Positions 20,666-29,967 of a stretch of DNA of 64,000 bases are shown one piece after another. How positions within the stretch are numbered: the first letter of the stretch is position 1; every line of letters starts with the position of its first letter. This DNA comes from an uncultured Ignavibacteria bacterium (GTDB lineage Bacteria > Bacteroidota > Ignavibacteria > Ignavibacteriales > Ignavibacteriaceae). Location: contig CAVUOZ010000006.1 of the NCBI GenBank assembly GCA_963743325.1, positions 5,207 through 69,206 of the forward strand, written 5' to 3'. The notes beneath the pieces were generated by a model. That model saw only the letters and a program-made list of their open reading frames with translations. It was not told the DNA's origin and ran no database searches. Position numbers and translations under genes: made by a program.

Positions 20666-21445
20666 TCAAAATCTCAGGGAAAGGCAGCTGAGTCCTCCAT
20701 CCAGCTTTCTGAATTCGGAAACATCAACTTCAATAGTTTTATAACCTACCGCCTCAATTTTCCATTTAGTTTTGGGGAATCCTTTCGGAACTAAAACCTT
20801 ATCGTTTATCCTAAGACTATTTGCTGCATATTCTTCATCATCATCAACCGGAATAATATTATATTTCTGAAATTCAGGCCGATCGATGAATCTGCTTGTT
20901 AGCAGTAAATTATTATTCTCAAGATAAGATGCTCCGGATTTGAGGTGAAGGATGTTCTCTAAAGCCACAGTTGAACCTGTAAATCCGTATTTTACCAGAA
21001 TATTTATCAGCTGATCAGCGCCGGACTGATTTGTCCTTTCAGATAATCCCGTATAAAAATGATTCCCGGCCATCATTACATCACCGGCATCAAGTGTACC
21101 CGGCGCCGAAATAGTTTCAACGATTGAATATAAATTTTCTATAACCGACCGCATCTCAATTATTTCACCTTTACGGGTTAAAGCACCCGGATTGGTGATG
21201 ACAGCACATTCTGTGGTAAGCAGGGCAGCGTCTTCTACAAAAACAGAATCGGGATAATTTTCATCAGCCTCCAACACTGTGAGTTCAACACCGCATCCCC
21301 GCAGAGCTTTAATATACTCCTGGTGCTGATCCTGAGCAAGGTCATAGTCCGGCATACTGAGATCAGAACTTGTTAAACCATGTACCAGGTTCCTGCAGGG
21401 CTTTCTTACTATTGCATTCTTAAATATTTTATTGATGTACCGCAT
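20666..21445 (-). CDS. ddaH: N(G),N(G)-dimethylarginine dimethylaminohydrolase (DDAH, amidinotransferase superfamily)
   Basis: From internal Met-61 (MRYINKIFKNAIVRKPCRNLVHGLTSS) the protein is colinear with bacterial DDAH: PDSVFVEDAA, APGTLDAGDVMM, HFYTGLSERTN, LHLKSG, YAANSLRIN and C-terminal DGGLSCLSLRF. The upstream 60 codons of the ORF-track call look non-coding. Confidence 0.85.
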   Translation of the reverse strand: MRYINKIFKNAIVRKPCRNLVHGLTSSDLSMPDYDLAQDQHQEYIKALRGCGVELTVLEADENYPDSVFVEDAALLTTECAVITNPGALTRKGEIIEMRSVIENLYSIVETISAPGTLDAGDVMMAGNHFYTGLSERTNQSGADQLINILVKYGFTGSTVALENILHLKSGASYLENNNLLLTSRFIDRPEFQKYNIIPVDDDEEYAANSLRINDKVLVPKGFPKTKWKIEAVGYKTIEVDVSEFRKLDGGLSCLSLRF

Positions 21446-22181
21446 TAAATTCAGAACAAATTTATTAAAAAATAGGGAAGTATTTGTGTCCCTGCTTAAA
21501 TCCAGGATAAAGTTAAGGCTGTAAAAACTACCTAAACAACCCGGATATATTTTTCCCATCAGCTTATAATAATATAAGATGGAATATATGTTCCGTGAAC
21601 TAATTAAGTGGTAATTAAAGCGCATTCAAAGCGCATTCAGAATGGAAGAAGCAGGAGTGTGTGTCCCAAGAGCTTCTATTTTGTTAGGTGAAGTTTTTGT
21701 AGCATTTGAAAGACAGTTCTAATTATAAAGTCGATTGAAAAATCAAGATGGGTAGGTACATCATCCCTTGAAAATGGTCAAAAAACCTCTCTTGATGCCA
21801 TAATATCCCATCTTTTACTTAAATGTAACCATTAAAACAGGACTAAGTACCTATTTACTAAAATAATTATTAAAAATATATTTATCATAAATTATTAACC
21901 TTAACAAGTACTTAAAGAGTTATAATTTAATAAGCAAACAAAATTGCACTGTTGTTCTGTGTTTAATTGTTTATGGAAAGGGATTGATTGGAACAAGAGG
22001 GAGTTTAGCAGTTGCCTTATATTCTTTATTGTCATTATGATCTTTACTTTTTGGTCTGAATTCGGGCTGCAGTCTGGACAGAAAATCGTACCGAGTATTG
22101 AAATGTCGACAAGAAATCTTGGTGCAGCTCTCGTTCCGCTTTTTACATTAGAGTTTTTATTACAAAATCAGGAGAACTAAA

Positions 22182-22316
22182 ATGAAGTCAATATCATTGA
22201 GCGCAGAACATAAACCTCTCGCAGAGTCTGGAAATGGAACTCCATGAAAGAAATGGGGACCATATTTAAGTGAACGTCAATGGGGCACTGTGCGCGAAAT
22301 TGTACTAAATCCCTAA
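22182..22316 (+). pseudogene. N-terminal remnant of a GH63-like (MGH1-type glucosidase) gene
   Basis: A ggag RBS precedes ATG 22182. After a premature stop, the next frame reads KKWGPYLSERQWGTVRE, a signature N-terminal block of GH63-like glucosidases as I recall it. The reading then ends after 5 more codons. Confidence 0.45.
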
Positions 22317-22607
22317 AAATGCTTCACGAATATTTAAGTATTCGGAAAGACCTGAAAGTGAAATAGATTCTTATTTAAACTAAAGCTCAAGAATAAAAAG
22401 ACTGGCAGAATCAACATAATTTTTAACCCGAATCTAATAATTAACTTAAATGCAAACGGCAGATCTGTTTTTCTGAAGCCTGTAGATTTATTGTTACTTC
22501 AGGGGGGGTACAGTATATTTACTTAAGAGTCTGATTTATTTTTCTAATAATTAAGAAGAGATGGATTTTTACTATCTATTAGGTTATATCAGAATGAAAG
22601 CAAAATA

Positions 22608-24071
22608 ATGATGAAAAGCTCATTAATAGCATTTGTAATTATTTTACAAGCTAATTTATATTCCCAAAGTTATTTCTCTCAGACTCCTTATGACGTATAT
22701 TCTTTTTCAAAATTCGGAAATCTGACCGATGCCCGTGCAATGAGTATGGGAAATGCCATGTCTGTATTAAGTGACAATTCTAGTGCTGTCGTCTTAAATC
22801 CTGCGACATTAGGCTTGTCCAGAAGTATTACGGCGAACCTAACCTTCGGTTTAAATCTTTACAGGAATGAAGCTACTTTTCTTGACAGCGTAAAAACCAG
22901 TCATAAAACTGAAACAGTGCTGAACCAGGCAGGATTTGTATTCCCGCTTTCGGGTGATTCAGCCTCACATAATGTTGTTTTTGCAGTCGGTTTTAACCAG
23001 TCCAAAAATTTCAATCGGATTTTTGATTTTTCAGGATACAATTCATTAGACAACACTCTTATTAAAAGTCTCACAGCAAATAATAGTCCGGTTACCAAGA
23101 GATTGAAATTGAGTTATCCGCGGTTTCAGCCGGAAACAAATGAATATCTGGGTGAAGGAACAATATTAAATAACAATCTTCAGGGCAGCGGTTTCGTATT
23201 TGATGAAGGAACTCTTAACAATTGGTCCCTGGCTTTCGCATATGAATTTGCTTACAATATTTTTGTAGGGTTCAGTGCTAATTATATCGTTGGAAGCAGT
23301 TTAAACAACCGGGAATTCTCTGAAAGTAATACCGGGTTTTATCCGGACACATTGGAGACTTTACCCGGTGATTTACGAACAAAAGGCTTTCAGAATTTTT
23401 ATTTAACAGATATTGTAAACCAGGTATTTAATGGAGTTGATTTCAGGTTCGGAGTTTTATACAAATTCTTCAATTTCATTTCGGTGGGCGGATCAGTAAA
23501 AACTCCTTCGATTATCTCTATTGATGAAGAACATTACTTTAAAGGCGGGTCTCAATTTGCTACCGGATTTAATTCCCTTGCAGATTCTGTGGTTACAGCC
23601 AGTTACACAATTCGGACCCCTTATGAATTTACAGGTGCTGCGGCTGTGAATATCTTTTTTTTAACAGGTGCTGCGGAAGTAAGTTATGTCGATTATACTG
23701 AAATGAGATTTTCGGGCGGATTAGACATACCACAGAGCTCGGAATTAACAAATGAAATATTAGACAGTTATACAAGAGTAATAAATTTGAAGGCCGGAGC
23801 TGAATTAAGGCTGCCCTTTACAGGAATCAGCGCAAGAGCAGGTTTTATGTATTTCCCCTCACCGATTAAAAATGATGACCCGGTATACGACAAGAAATAT
23901 CTCACTGCAGGTATGGGGATTAAATCGGGCGAAGGCAGCATGGAATTTAACGTGGCGTACATTGTAGGATGGTGGCAGGAGAAAATTCGTGATTATGGTA
24001 CCGGAATTCCACCCATCACAAGTAATGTGAGGACAGATAATATAATTGGTTCATTTGTATTAAGGTTTTAA
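22608..24071 (+). CDS. Outer-membrane beta-barrel protein (FadL/PorV-like)
   Basis: Signal peptide MMKSSLIAFVIILQANLYSQ, N-terminal DARAMSMGNAMSVLSDNSSAVVLNPATLG motif and C-terminal GSFVLRF. Confidence 0.55.
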   Translation: MMKSSLIAFVIILQANLYSQSYFSQTPYDVYSFSKFGNLTDARAMSMGNAMSVLSDNSSAVVLNPATLGLSRSITANLTFGLNLYRNEATFLDSVKTSHKTETVLNQAGFVFPLSGDSASHNVVFAVGFNQSKNFNRIFDFSGYNSLDNTLIKSLTANNSPVTKRLKLSYPRFQPETNEYLGEGTILNNNLQGSGFVFDEGTLNNWSLAFAYEFAYNIFVGFSANYIVGSSLNNREFSESNTGFYPDTLETLPGDLRTKGFQNFYLTDIVNQVFNGVDFRFGVLYKFFNFISVGGSVKTPSIISIDEEHYFKGGSQFATGFNSLADSVVTASYTIRTPYEFTGAAAVNIFFLTGAAEVSYVDYTEMRFSGGLDIPQSSELTNEILDSYTRVINLKAGAELRLPFTGISARAGFMYFPSPIKNDDPVYDKKYLTAGMGIKSGEGSMEFNVAYIVGWWQEKIRDYGTGIPPITSNVRTDNIIGSFVLRF

Positions 24072-24319
24072 TAATTTTTATTAAGGATTTTACGACAGTA
24101 CTTAAGAGTCTAGTGAGGATTTTCAGTTCATTGGCGGGGGAAGGCCTAATAAAAGTGCATTGGAATCATTTCAACCTATGAATCCTGTGGTTACTCAACA
24201 AGTATCCGATCAGCCTGAAAAAACTGAAAATAAATAATTCGAATTACTGAATTTCAATAATTTCAGCATTTGGTCTTTATAAAGAGAATGGTCTTTATCA
24301 GCGCGGGAGAGATATTTTA

Positions 24320-25216
24320 ATGAAGAAAAAAAATTTATTTAAAGAAGCAGGACAATTAGCGGAGCCATTTCGCATTACAGATGGAAAAGAATTCCGTCTG
24401 AAGCAGATAGACCCTGGTGATACACTTGAATTTAAATCGGATGATAAATCAAAAGCTAAAGAAGCTATGAAATGGGGGATTGAGCTGCTTGCTGAGTTAC
24501 AGGATAAACTTTATGCACAGGACCGATACTCACTTTTACTGATATTTCAGGCGATGGATGCTGCCGGCAAAGACGGAGTAATCAAGCATGTCATGTCGGG
24601 GATAAATCCTCAGGGCTGCCAGGTGTTTTCATTTAAAGCTCCGACCAGCGAAGATCTCGATCATGATTTTATGTGGAGGTGCTTAAAGTGCTTGCCGGAA
24701 CGCGGAAGGATCGGAATATTTAACCGGAGTTATTATGAAGAAACACTCATAGTACGTGTCCACAAAGAAATACTTGATAATCAGAAATTACCTCCTAAAC
24801 TGATCACGAAAAATATCTGGGAGGAACGGTTCGAAGATATCCGGAATATTGAAAAATATTTAAACAGAAACGGGACTATTGTGAGAAAATTTTTTCTTTA
24901 TATATCGGAAAAGGAACAGAAAAAAAGATTTCTGGAGAGGATAAATAATCCCGACAAAAACTGGAAGTTTTCTTCGACTGATGCAAAAGAACGAAGCTAC
25001 TGGGATGACTATATGCTGGCATACGAAGACATGATCCGCAATACTGCAACAAAAGATTCCCCGTGGTATGTTGTCCCCGCCGACAATAAGTGGTTTACCA
25101 GGTTAGTCGTCGGTGAAGCAGTAATAGATACTCTCGCTTCTTTGGATTTGAAATATCCGGAAGTTGGAGAAGAAAAATTAAAAGAACTTGCTGATGCAAA
25201 ATTCGTTCTCTCTTAG
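24320..25216 (+). CDS. ppk2: Polyphosphate kinase 2 family phosphotransferase
   Basis: 298 aa with LLLIFQAMDAAGKDGVIKHV (Walker A-like), FNRSYYE, and the RF..R..NP.K.WK.S..D lid region. Confidence 0.8.
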   Translation: MKKKNLFKEAGQLAEPFRITDGKEFRLKQIDPGDTLEFKSDDKSKAKEAMKWGIELLAELQDKLYAQDRYSLLLIFQAMDAAGKDGVIKHVMSGINPQGCQVFSFKAPTSEDLDHDFMWRCLKCLPERGRIGIFNRSYYEETLIVRVHKEILDNQKLPPKLITKNIWEERFEDIRNIEKYLNRNGTIVRKFFLYISEKEQKKRFLERINNPDKNWKFSSTDAKERSYWDDYMLAYEDMIRNTATKDSPWYVVPADNKWFTRLVVGEAVIDTLASLDLKYPEVGEEKLKELADAKFVLS

Positions 25217-25544
25217 GCTGAAAAAAGTCTTTAAAGATATTATTAACACATTAAATACTTTATCAATATGCAAAAATTCTTCAGACACCGTTCTAGCTGG
25301 CTGCTCATTATTATTCCCACATCTTTTATACTTGAGCAATCCCATGCATGAGCTCCTATGATTTTCTTTTCAGCTGCATTGTCAATATAATTTTAATTTA
25401 TTCTTTGATGTGACTCAATTATTATAAAAGTAAATTATATTATATGTTTTTCTGGCTTTTTGTATAAAAATTTATTGATTTTTGTATATCGTATTTTACT
25501 AATTATTTCAATTTTAATACTATCATTTAAATTAAGGCGAAGAA

Positions 25545-26756
25545 ATGAATAATGGTCAGATAAATCATCGGGATTTATATCGGTTGCCCTGGACACTGCC
25601 GGATAATGCGATATCCTGGTTAGAACCAACTGCAATGTGTAATTTAGCTTGTGATGGCTGTTATAGAGAGAACCTTAAAGATTCACATATGCCTGTTGAG
25701 GAAGTTAGACATCACCTGGATGTTTTTCAAAAATTAAGAAACACAGATTGTATATCAATTGCCGGCGGCGATCCACTTCTCTATCCGGATATACTTGAGA
25801 TTGTGGCTGACATAAAAAAGCGAGGGTTAAAACCGATAATCAATACAAACGGTAAAGCACTTACAATGGAAATGCTGAAAGATCTGAAGAAGGCCGGTGT
25901 GTATGGTTTTACTTTTCATGTAGACAGTAAACAAGGCCGACCTGGTAAATGGAGAGGCAAAAACGAAATAGAACTTCTTGATCTCCGGCTTGAATACGCA
26001 GAAATGCTTGCAAAAGTAGGGGGAATATCCTGCTCATTCAATTCGACTGTTTATGAAGATACGCTTCAGTATGTTCCTGAAATGATTGACTGGGCGCATA
26101 AACATATTGATATTGTTCATACAATGGTATTTATAGTATTCAGACACGTTATTCCTAACATGCCTTTTGATTGGTATGCAGGAGGAAACAGAGTTGATTG
26201 GGATAAAATAATGTACCATTCAGATATGAAAAGGGATATAGAAATACTGTCTACTGATGTCCTTGCAAAAGTTAGGGAACGATTCCCAGAATTTACTCCG
26301 GCAGCTTATCTGAATGGTACAGTTAAACCGGATTCCTACAAATGGCTTCTTACAGAGAGAATCGGTACAAAAGATAAAATATACGGCTATTTAGGACCCA
26401 AGTTTTTGGAACTAATGATGACATTCCATCATTTCTTTAAAGGAACATACCTGTCATATGCTTCCCCATCTCTAACCAGGAAAGGGAGAACCACCTTACT
26501 ATTGCTTTGGCCCCTTGATAAAGGTCTTAAAAAAGCCTTAAAAAACTTCTTAAAAAATCCATTTAGAATTTTTAAGAGAACACATATGCAGACTATTATG
26601 TTCATTCAACCTGTTGACTTTACCGTAAAAGGTGAGCAGAATATGTGCGATGGTTGTCCGGATATAACAGTCTATAAGGATGAGTTAATATGGTCCTGCA
26701 GAATGGAAGAACAAAAACAGTACAACACATGGCTGAGAACAGTTCCGAAAACTTAA
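25545..26756 (+). CDS. Radical SAM protein of unknown function with Cys-containing C-terminal extension
   Basis: CNLACDGCY (CxxxCxxC) at residues 32-40, GGDPLLYP, and a C-terminal MCDGCPD...WSCRMEE. It is not confidently assignable to a known subfamily. Confidence 0.65.
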   Translation: MNNGQINHRDLYRLPWTLPDNAISWLEPTAMCNLACDGCYRENLKDSHMPVEEVRHHLDVFQKLRNTDCISIAGGDPLLYPDILEIVADIKKRGLKPIINTNGKALTMEMLKDLKKAGVYGFTFHVDSKQGRPGKWRGKNEIELLDLRLEYAEMLAKVGGISCSFNSTVYEDTLQYVPEMIDWAHKHIDIVHTMVFIVFRHVIPNMPFDWYAGGNRVDWDKIMYHSDMKRDIEILSTDVLAKVRERFPEFTPAAYLNGTVKPDSYKWLLTERIGTKDKIYGYLGPKFLELMMTFHHFFKGTYLSYASPSLTRKGRTTLLLLWPLDKGLKKALKNFLKNPFRIFKRTHMQTIMFIQPVDFTVKGEQNMCDGCPDITVYKDELIWSCRMEEQKQYNTWLRTVPKT

Positions 26757-26778
26757 TAATTGAAGAAATTCAACCTTG

Positions 26779-27810
26779 CTAAAACCCGGTGAGCAACCGG
26801 GTTTTTTTATTAATATCCGGTTTATTTACTTTAATTGAATATACATTCTCAAAGGAAGTGAATTGTTTATTCAACATCATTACACTAAGATTCAGGCTAT
26901 CGGCAAAAACATCGATCACAAGGAAATGGAACATAATTGTTGCTGATAGAGAGTCATAGAGATTTCTATATTTTTCGACTTTTCCTGTGAAGAGCGGGTG
27001 CTGTAATCCTCCACCGCCTCCAATCACAAGGAAGTCTTTCCCTTCAACTCTGAAATGTTCAAAAGCGTGGGCATGACCGCTGATAAAAAACTTTGCCTTT
27101 GAAGATTTAATAAATACCGGGACAAAATATTTTTGCACATCCTCATTAATCCCAACTATTTTGTTATTAGTAAACGGTGAATGATGAACAGCAACAATTA
27201 TGAAATTTATCCGTGGATCATTATCAAATTTAAGCAGAGTCTCTTTAAGCCACATGTTTTGTTCTGAAATTTCATCAGAAGTGAGCGAACTGAAATTGGA
27301 ATTAAGTAAAATATATGCAACCCCAGACTTTTGCACCGAATAGCCGGTTTCTGAATGAAACGGGAATCGTTCTACAAAGTTTTTCAATCCAAGATAGGCA
27401 GGAAAAAATAATTCATGGTTCCCGAGAATCGGATAAAAATCAATATTGTGTTTTTTTAGAGAACTTGTAAATCGATCAATCGGTATCCATTCCTTACTCC
27501 AAAACCCTAAAGCAACTAAATCTCCCAGGTGAAATACAGCTGACGGAGATAAACTTATTATTTCAGAAAATATCATTTCCTTAGCCTGGATGTTGTGATT
27601 TTCCTCTAAAAAGAATTTTTCAATCCAGATAGGGTCCTGTGAATCACTTAAAAAGACCACCCGGTTTGGATTAGCAGTTTTAGAAGGTTGAACAAACGGG
27701 GAGGGGTTAGATTCCTGATCAGATACGAAAATTATAACTACGATCAAGCAGGCAGCAAAAACTGTATTAAGGCAAAGCAGAAACTTTTTTGCAATGAAAT
27801 TCAGATTCAT
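26779..27810 (-). CDS. Secreted or membrane-anchored calcineurin-like metallophosphoesterase
   Basis: N-terminal hydrophobic anchor, followed by the LSDSQD, GDLVALG, GNHE, VAVHHSP and GHAHAFEH motifs. Confidence 0.75.
   Translation of the reverse strand: MNLNFIAKKFLLCLNTVFAACLIVVIIFVSDQESNPSPFVQPSKTANPNRVVFLSDSQDPIWIEKFFLEENHNIQAKEMIFSEIISLSPSAVFHLGDLVALGFWSKEWIPIDRFTSSLKKHNIDFYPILGNHELFFPAYLGLKNFVERFPFHSETGYSVQKSGVAYILLNSNFSSLTSDEISEQNMWLKETLLKFDNDPRINFIIVAVHHSPFTNNKIVGINEDVQKYFVPVFIKSSKAKFFISGHAHAFEHFRVEGKDFLVIGGGGGLQHPLFTGKVEKYRNLYDSLSATIMFHFLVIDVFADSLNLSVMMLNKQFTSFENVYSIKVNKPDINKKTRLLTGF
26784..26808 (+). terminator. Rho-independent terminator after the radical SAM gene
   Basis: acccggt-gagca-accgggt stem followed by ttttttt. 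It overlaps the last codons of the convergent gene. Confidence 0.55.
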
Positions 27811-27893
27811 ATGACCTAATCTTCAATGTGATGCCAATGTCAGAGCCAACCATTATGGTAACGGCATTAGTGTATACAGGTAATGATTTCAAT

Positions 27894-28130
27894 TTAATAT
27901 TTAAATGTCTGTCCTATATCATCCAAGGTTATATTTATATTAAAGTTGTGCTTGATTTTATCGAGCCATATCAGAGGCTTTTCAAGTTCGTTATCAGTAT
28001 CAAATGTTTTGCAGTGAACGGGTATGAAATATTTTGCTCCGATATAATCAACCGCAATAATAAGCGCTTCCTCAGGATTGCAAAAATATTGTTTTTTGGG
28101 CACTTAACCTCCTATAGGGAAGATAGCCAT
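27894..28130 (-). pseudogene. 3' remnant of an MBL-fold hydrolase gene
   Basis: MAIFPIGG-stop, then in another frame NPEEALIIAVDYIGAKYFIPVHCKTFD. This matches the C-terminal block of MBL-fold hydrolases (PIG.Y...HMNPEEA...P.HWGTF). The catalytic HxHxDH region is absent. Confidence 0.5.
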
Positions 28131-28580
28131 TTCTCTATTTTTATTTTTCAGCGATTTTAATTTAAAAGAAGTCCGGGATGACATTCATAGAAAGGACACT
28201 GTAAATTACTGCTATTTTTTTTATCAGATACTCTTTAAGATTCCGGGGCTATGTTAAAGCAAAGCGTTACCGTACTTTAATATAAAACCGGTTGAGACGC
28301 CCTGGCAAAAACAGCAACAAATAATACTCACCTTTGCATTACAATAGACCTGAACAACGGCGGATATGAGTTGAAAGGAATTAGAGCGTATCTGAAGCGT
28401 ATGTGAGACTTACCCAGACAGAATTTTACAATGTTTTAGGGAGGAATAGTTTTAATGGGAAAGACTGATTTTTGTGGTTCATATCACAGAAGTTATTCCT
28501 TTTTCTTTTGCAGAATTGATGGGAATCACAGACTTATTAAAAAATATTTCTCCAATGAGAATTTCCCGGGATATTTTCTA

Positions 28581-28609
28581 TTGACATTACAAGACTTTTT
28601 ATGTATAAT
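28581..28609 (+). promoter_or_regulatory. Consensus sigma70-type promoter (TTGACA-17 nt-TATAAT)
   Basis: ttgaca at 28581-28586 and tataat at 28604-28609, with an exactly 17-nt spacer. It lies in the 730-bp non-coding gap upstream of the LacI-family gene. Confidence 0.55.
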
Positions 28610-28629
28610 GTAAACGTTTACATTATACA
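28602..28629. promoter_or_regulatory. 28-bp perfect palindrome, candidate LacI-family operator overlapping the -10 box
   Basis: tgtataatgtaaacgtttacattataca is self-complementary over 28 nt. The core TGTAAACGTTTACA has the central CG and half-sites typical of LacI/GalR/PurR operators. Confidence 0.6.
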
Positions 28630-28890
28630 ATCTAACCTGTTCCAGAGTTTGCTTTTCATCTATGTGTTATTTGCAAGTAATTAATATTCTCTTAAAAGAA
28701 AGTTCAGGAGGCTTATTCAATTTTTTTTTTACGATGCTTATTGAAACACAGTTTGCATGTTGCCCTGTTAATTTTTAATCCATATTGAACACCCGGCTAC
28801 TCTATTAATCTGTCTATTTCCTCTATCTTCATGCAAACAAAAAACCTGCACTTCTTTTAAGATTCATTTTTATAAATCCGTATAGGGTAT

Positions 28891-29901
28891 ATGGCTACGA
28901 CCATAAAAGAAGTCGCTTCAAAAGCTAATGTTTCAATAGCAACTGTTTCAAGGGTGTTGAATAATAATCCCAACGTAGCAAAGCAGACTTTCAACCGGAT
29001 CCTGCAGATCGCCAACCAGTTAAATTACAAACCCAATCTCATTGCTCGTAACCTTGTTAAAAAAAACACCAGTATTATAGGATTAGTTCTTCCTGAAATT
29101 CAAGGTGATTTTTTTACAGGTATAATTAAAGGTGTCGATGAAGTGGCTTATTCTTCAAAGTATCACATGGTTGTTGCAAGTTCACATAGTGAACGATCAA
29201 ATGTTGAGTCGCTATTGAATTTCATGGGTAAGAGTATGGTTGATGGTGTTATAATCATGTCCCCTTTAATAAATGATCATATCAAAGAGGTAATCAATAA
29301 AAGTGAGACTCCTTTAGTTATCATTGACAGTGGTTCTCCTATCGAAAATGTCGATACTGTAAACATAGATAACTTTCAAGGTGCATATGCGATTACAGAA
29401 TATTTAATTAAAAACTTAGGCTATAAAAAAGTTGCACACATAGAAGGTCCGGCTAATAATAACGATGCAATCCAAAGAAAGGCTGGTTACATTGAAGCGC
29501 TATATAAAAATAATATTCCTATTAAACAGGAATGGATTGTTCCGGGAGGCTTTACATCTGATGGCGGGAGATTAGCATGTTCAAGACTGCTGAGCCTAAT
29601 TGAAAAACCGCAGGTAATTTTCGCTGGTAATGATATGATGGCTGCCGGATGTTATAAAACTATAGAATCTCTCGGCTTGAATGTACCTGATGATATTGGT
29701 GTAACCGGTTTTGATGATATTATTTTATCTGAATTCCTTACCCCCAGACTTACGACTGTTCACATTCCAATTACAGAAATAGGGAAATCAGCTGCCAGAT
29801 TATTAATCAATAAAATCAAAAATGGAAAGGATCATAAGTTAAAGCACCTGAAAGTTTCTACTGGGATTATAGTTGGTAAATCCTGTAGATTCCAGAAATA
29901 A
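28891..29901 (+). CDS. LacI-family transcriptional regulator
   Basis: N-terminal HTH TIKEVASKANVSIATVSRVLNN and YKPNLIARNL, followed by a periplasmic-binding-protein-like sugar-binding core (GFDD). Confidence 0.9.
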   Translation: MATTIKEVASKANVSIATVSRVLNNNPNVAKQTFNRILQIANQLNYKPNLIARNLVKKNTSIIGLVLPEIQGDFFTGIIKGVDEVAYSSKYHMVVASSHSERSNVESLLNFMGKSMVDGVIIMSPLINDHIKEVINKSETPLVIIDSGSPIENVDTVNIDNFQGAYAITEYLIKNLGYKKVAHIEGPANNNDAIQRKAGYIEALYKNNIPIKQEWIVPGGFTSDGGRLACSRLLSLIEKPQVIFAGNDMMAAGCYKTIESLGLNVPDDIGVTGFDDIILSEFLTPRLTTVHIPITEIGKSAARLLINKIKNGKDHKLKHLKVSTGIIVGKSCRFQK

Positions 29902-29967
29902 TTTTTTCTCAATATTGATGGTTCGTATTACTAATTAATTTAAATAACCTTAATAAAAGGAGGAAAT

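Noticed and set aside
21944-22180. 78-aa hydrophobic ORF, possibly a transporter fragment (..MSTRNLGAALVPLF..)
   Set aside because: It has no RBS and no recognisable family beyond a vague motif. It may be another remnant, but the evidence is too weak to call.
22520-24111. 13-bp direct repeat TACTTAAGAGTCT at 22520-22532 and 24099-24111 flanking the beta-barrel gene, with a similar AGTACTTAAAGAGT near 21907, as possible target-site duplication of an inserted gene
   Set aside because: In an AT-rich 64-kb window, dozens of chance 13-mer repeats are expected. No mobile-element gene, inverted repeat or composition change accompanies it.
28700-28775. Possible leader peptide (MLIETQFACCPVNF) or attenuator in the long 5' leader of the LacI gene
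   Set aside because: The ggagg is 24 nt from the ATG, which is too far. No terminator hairpin follows, so this is speculative only.
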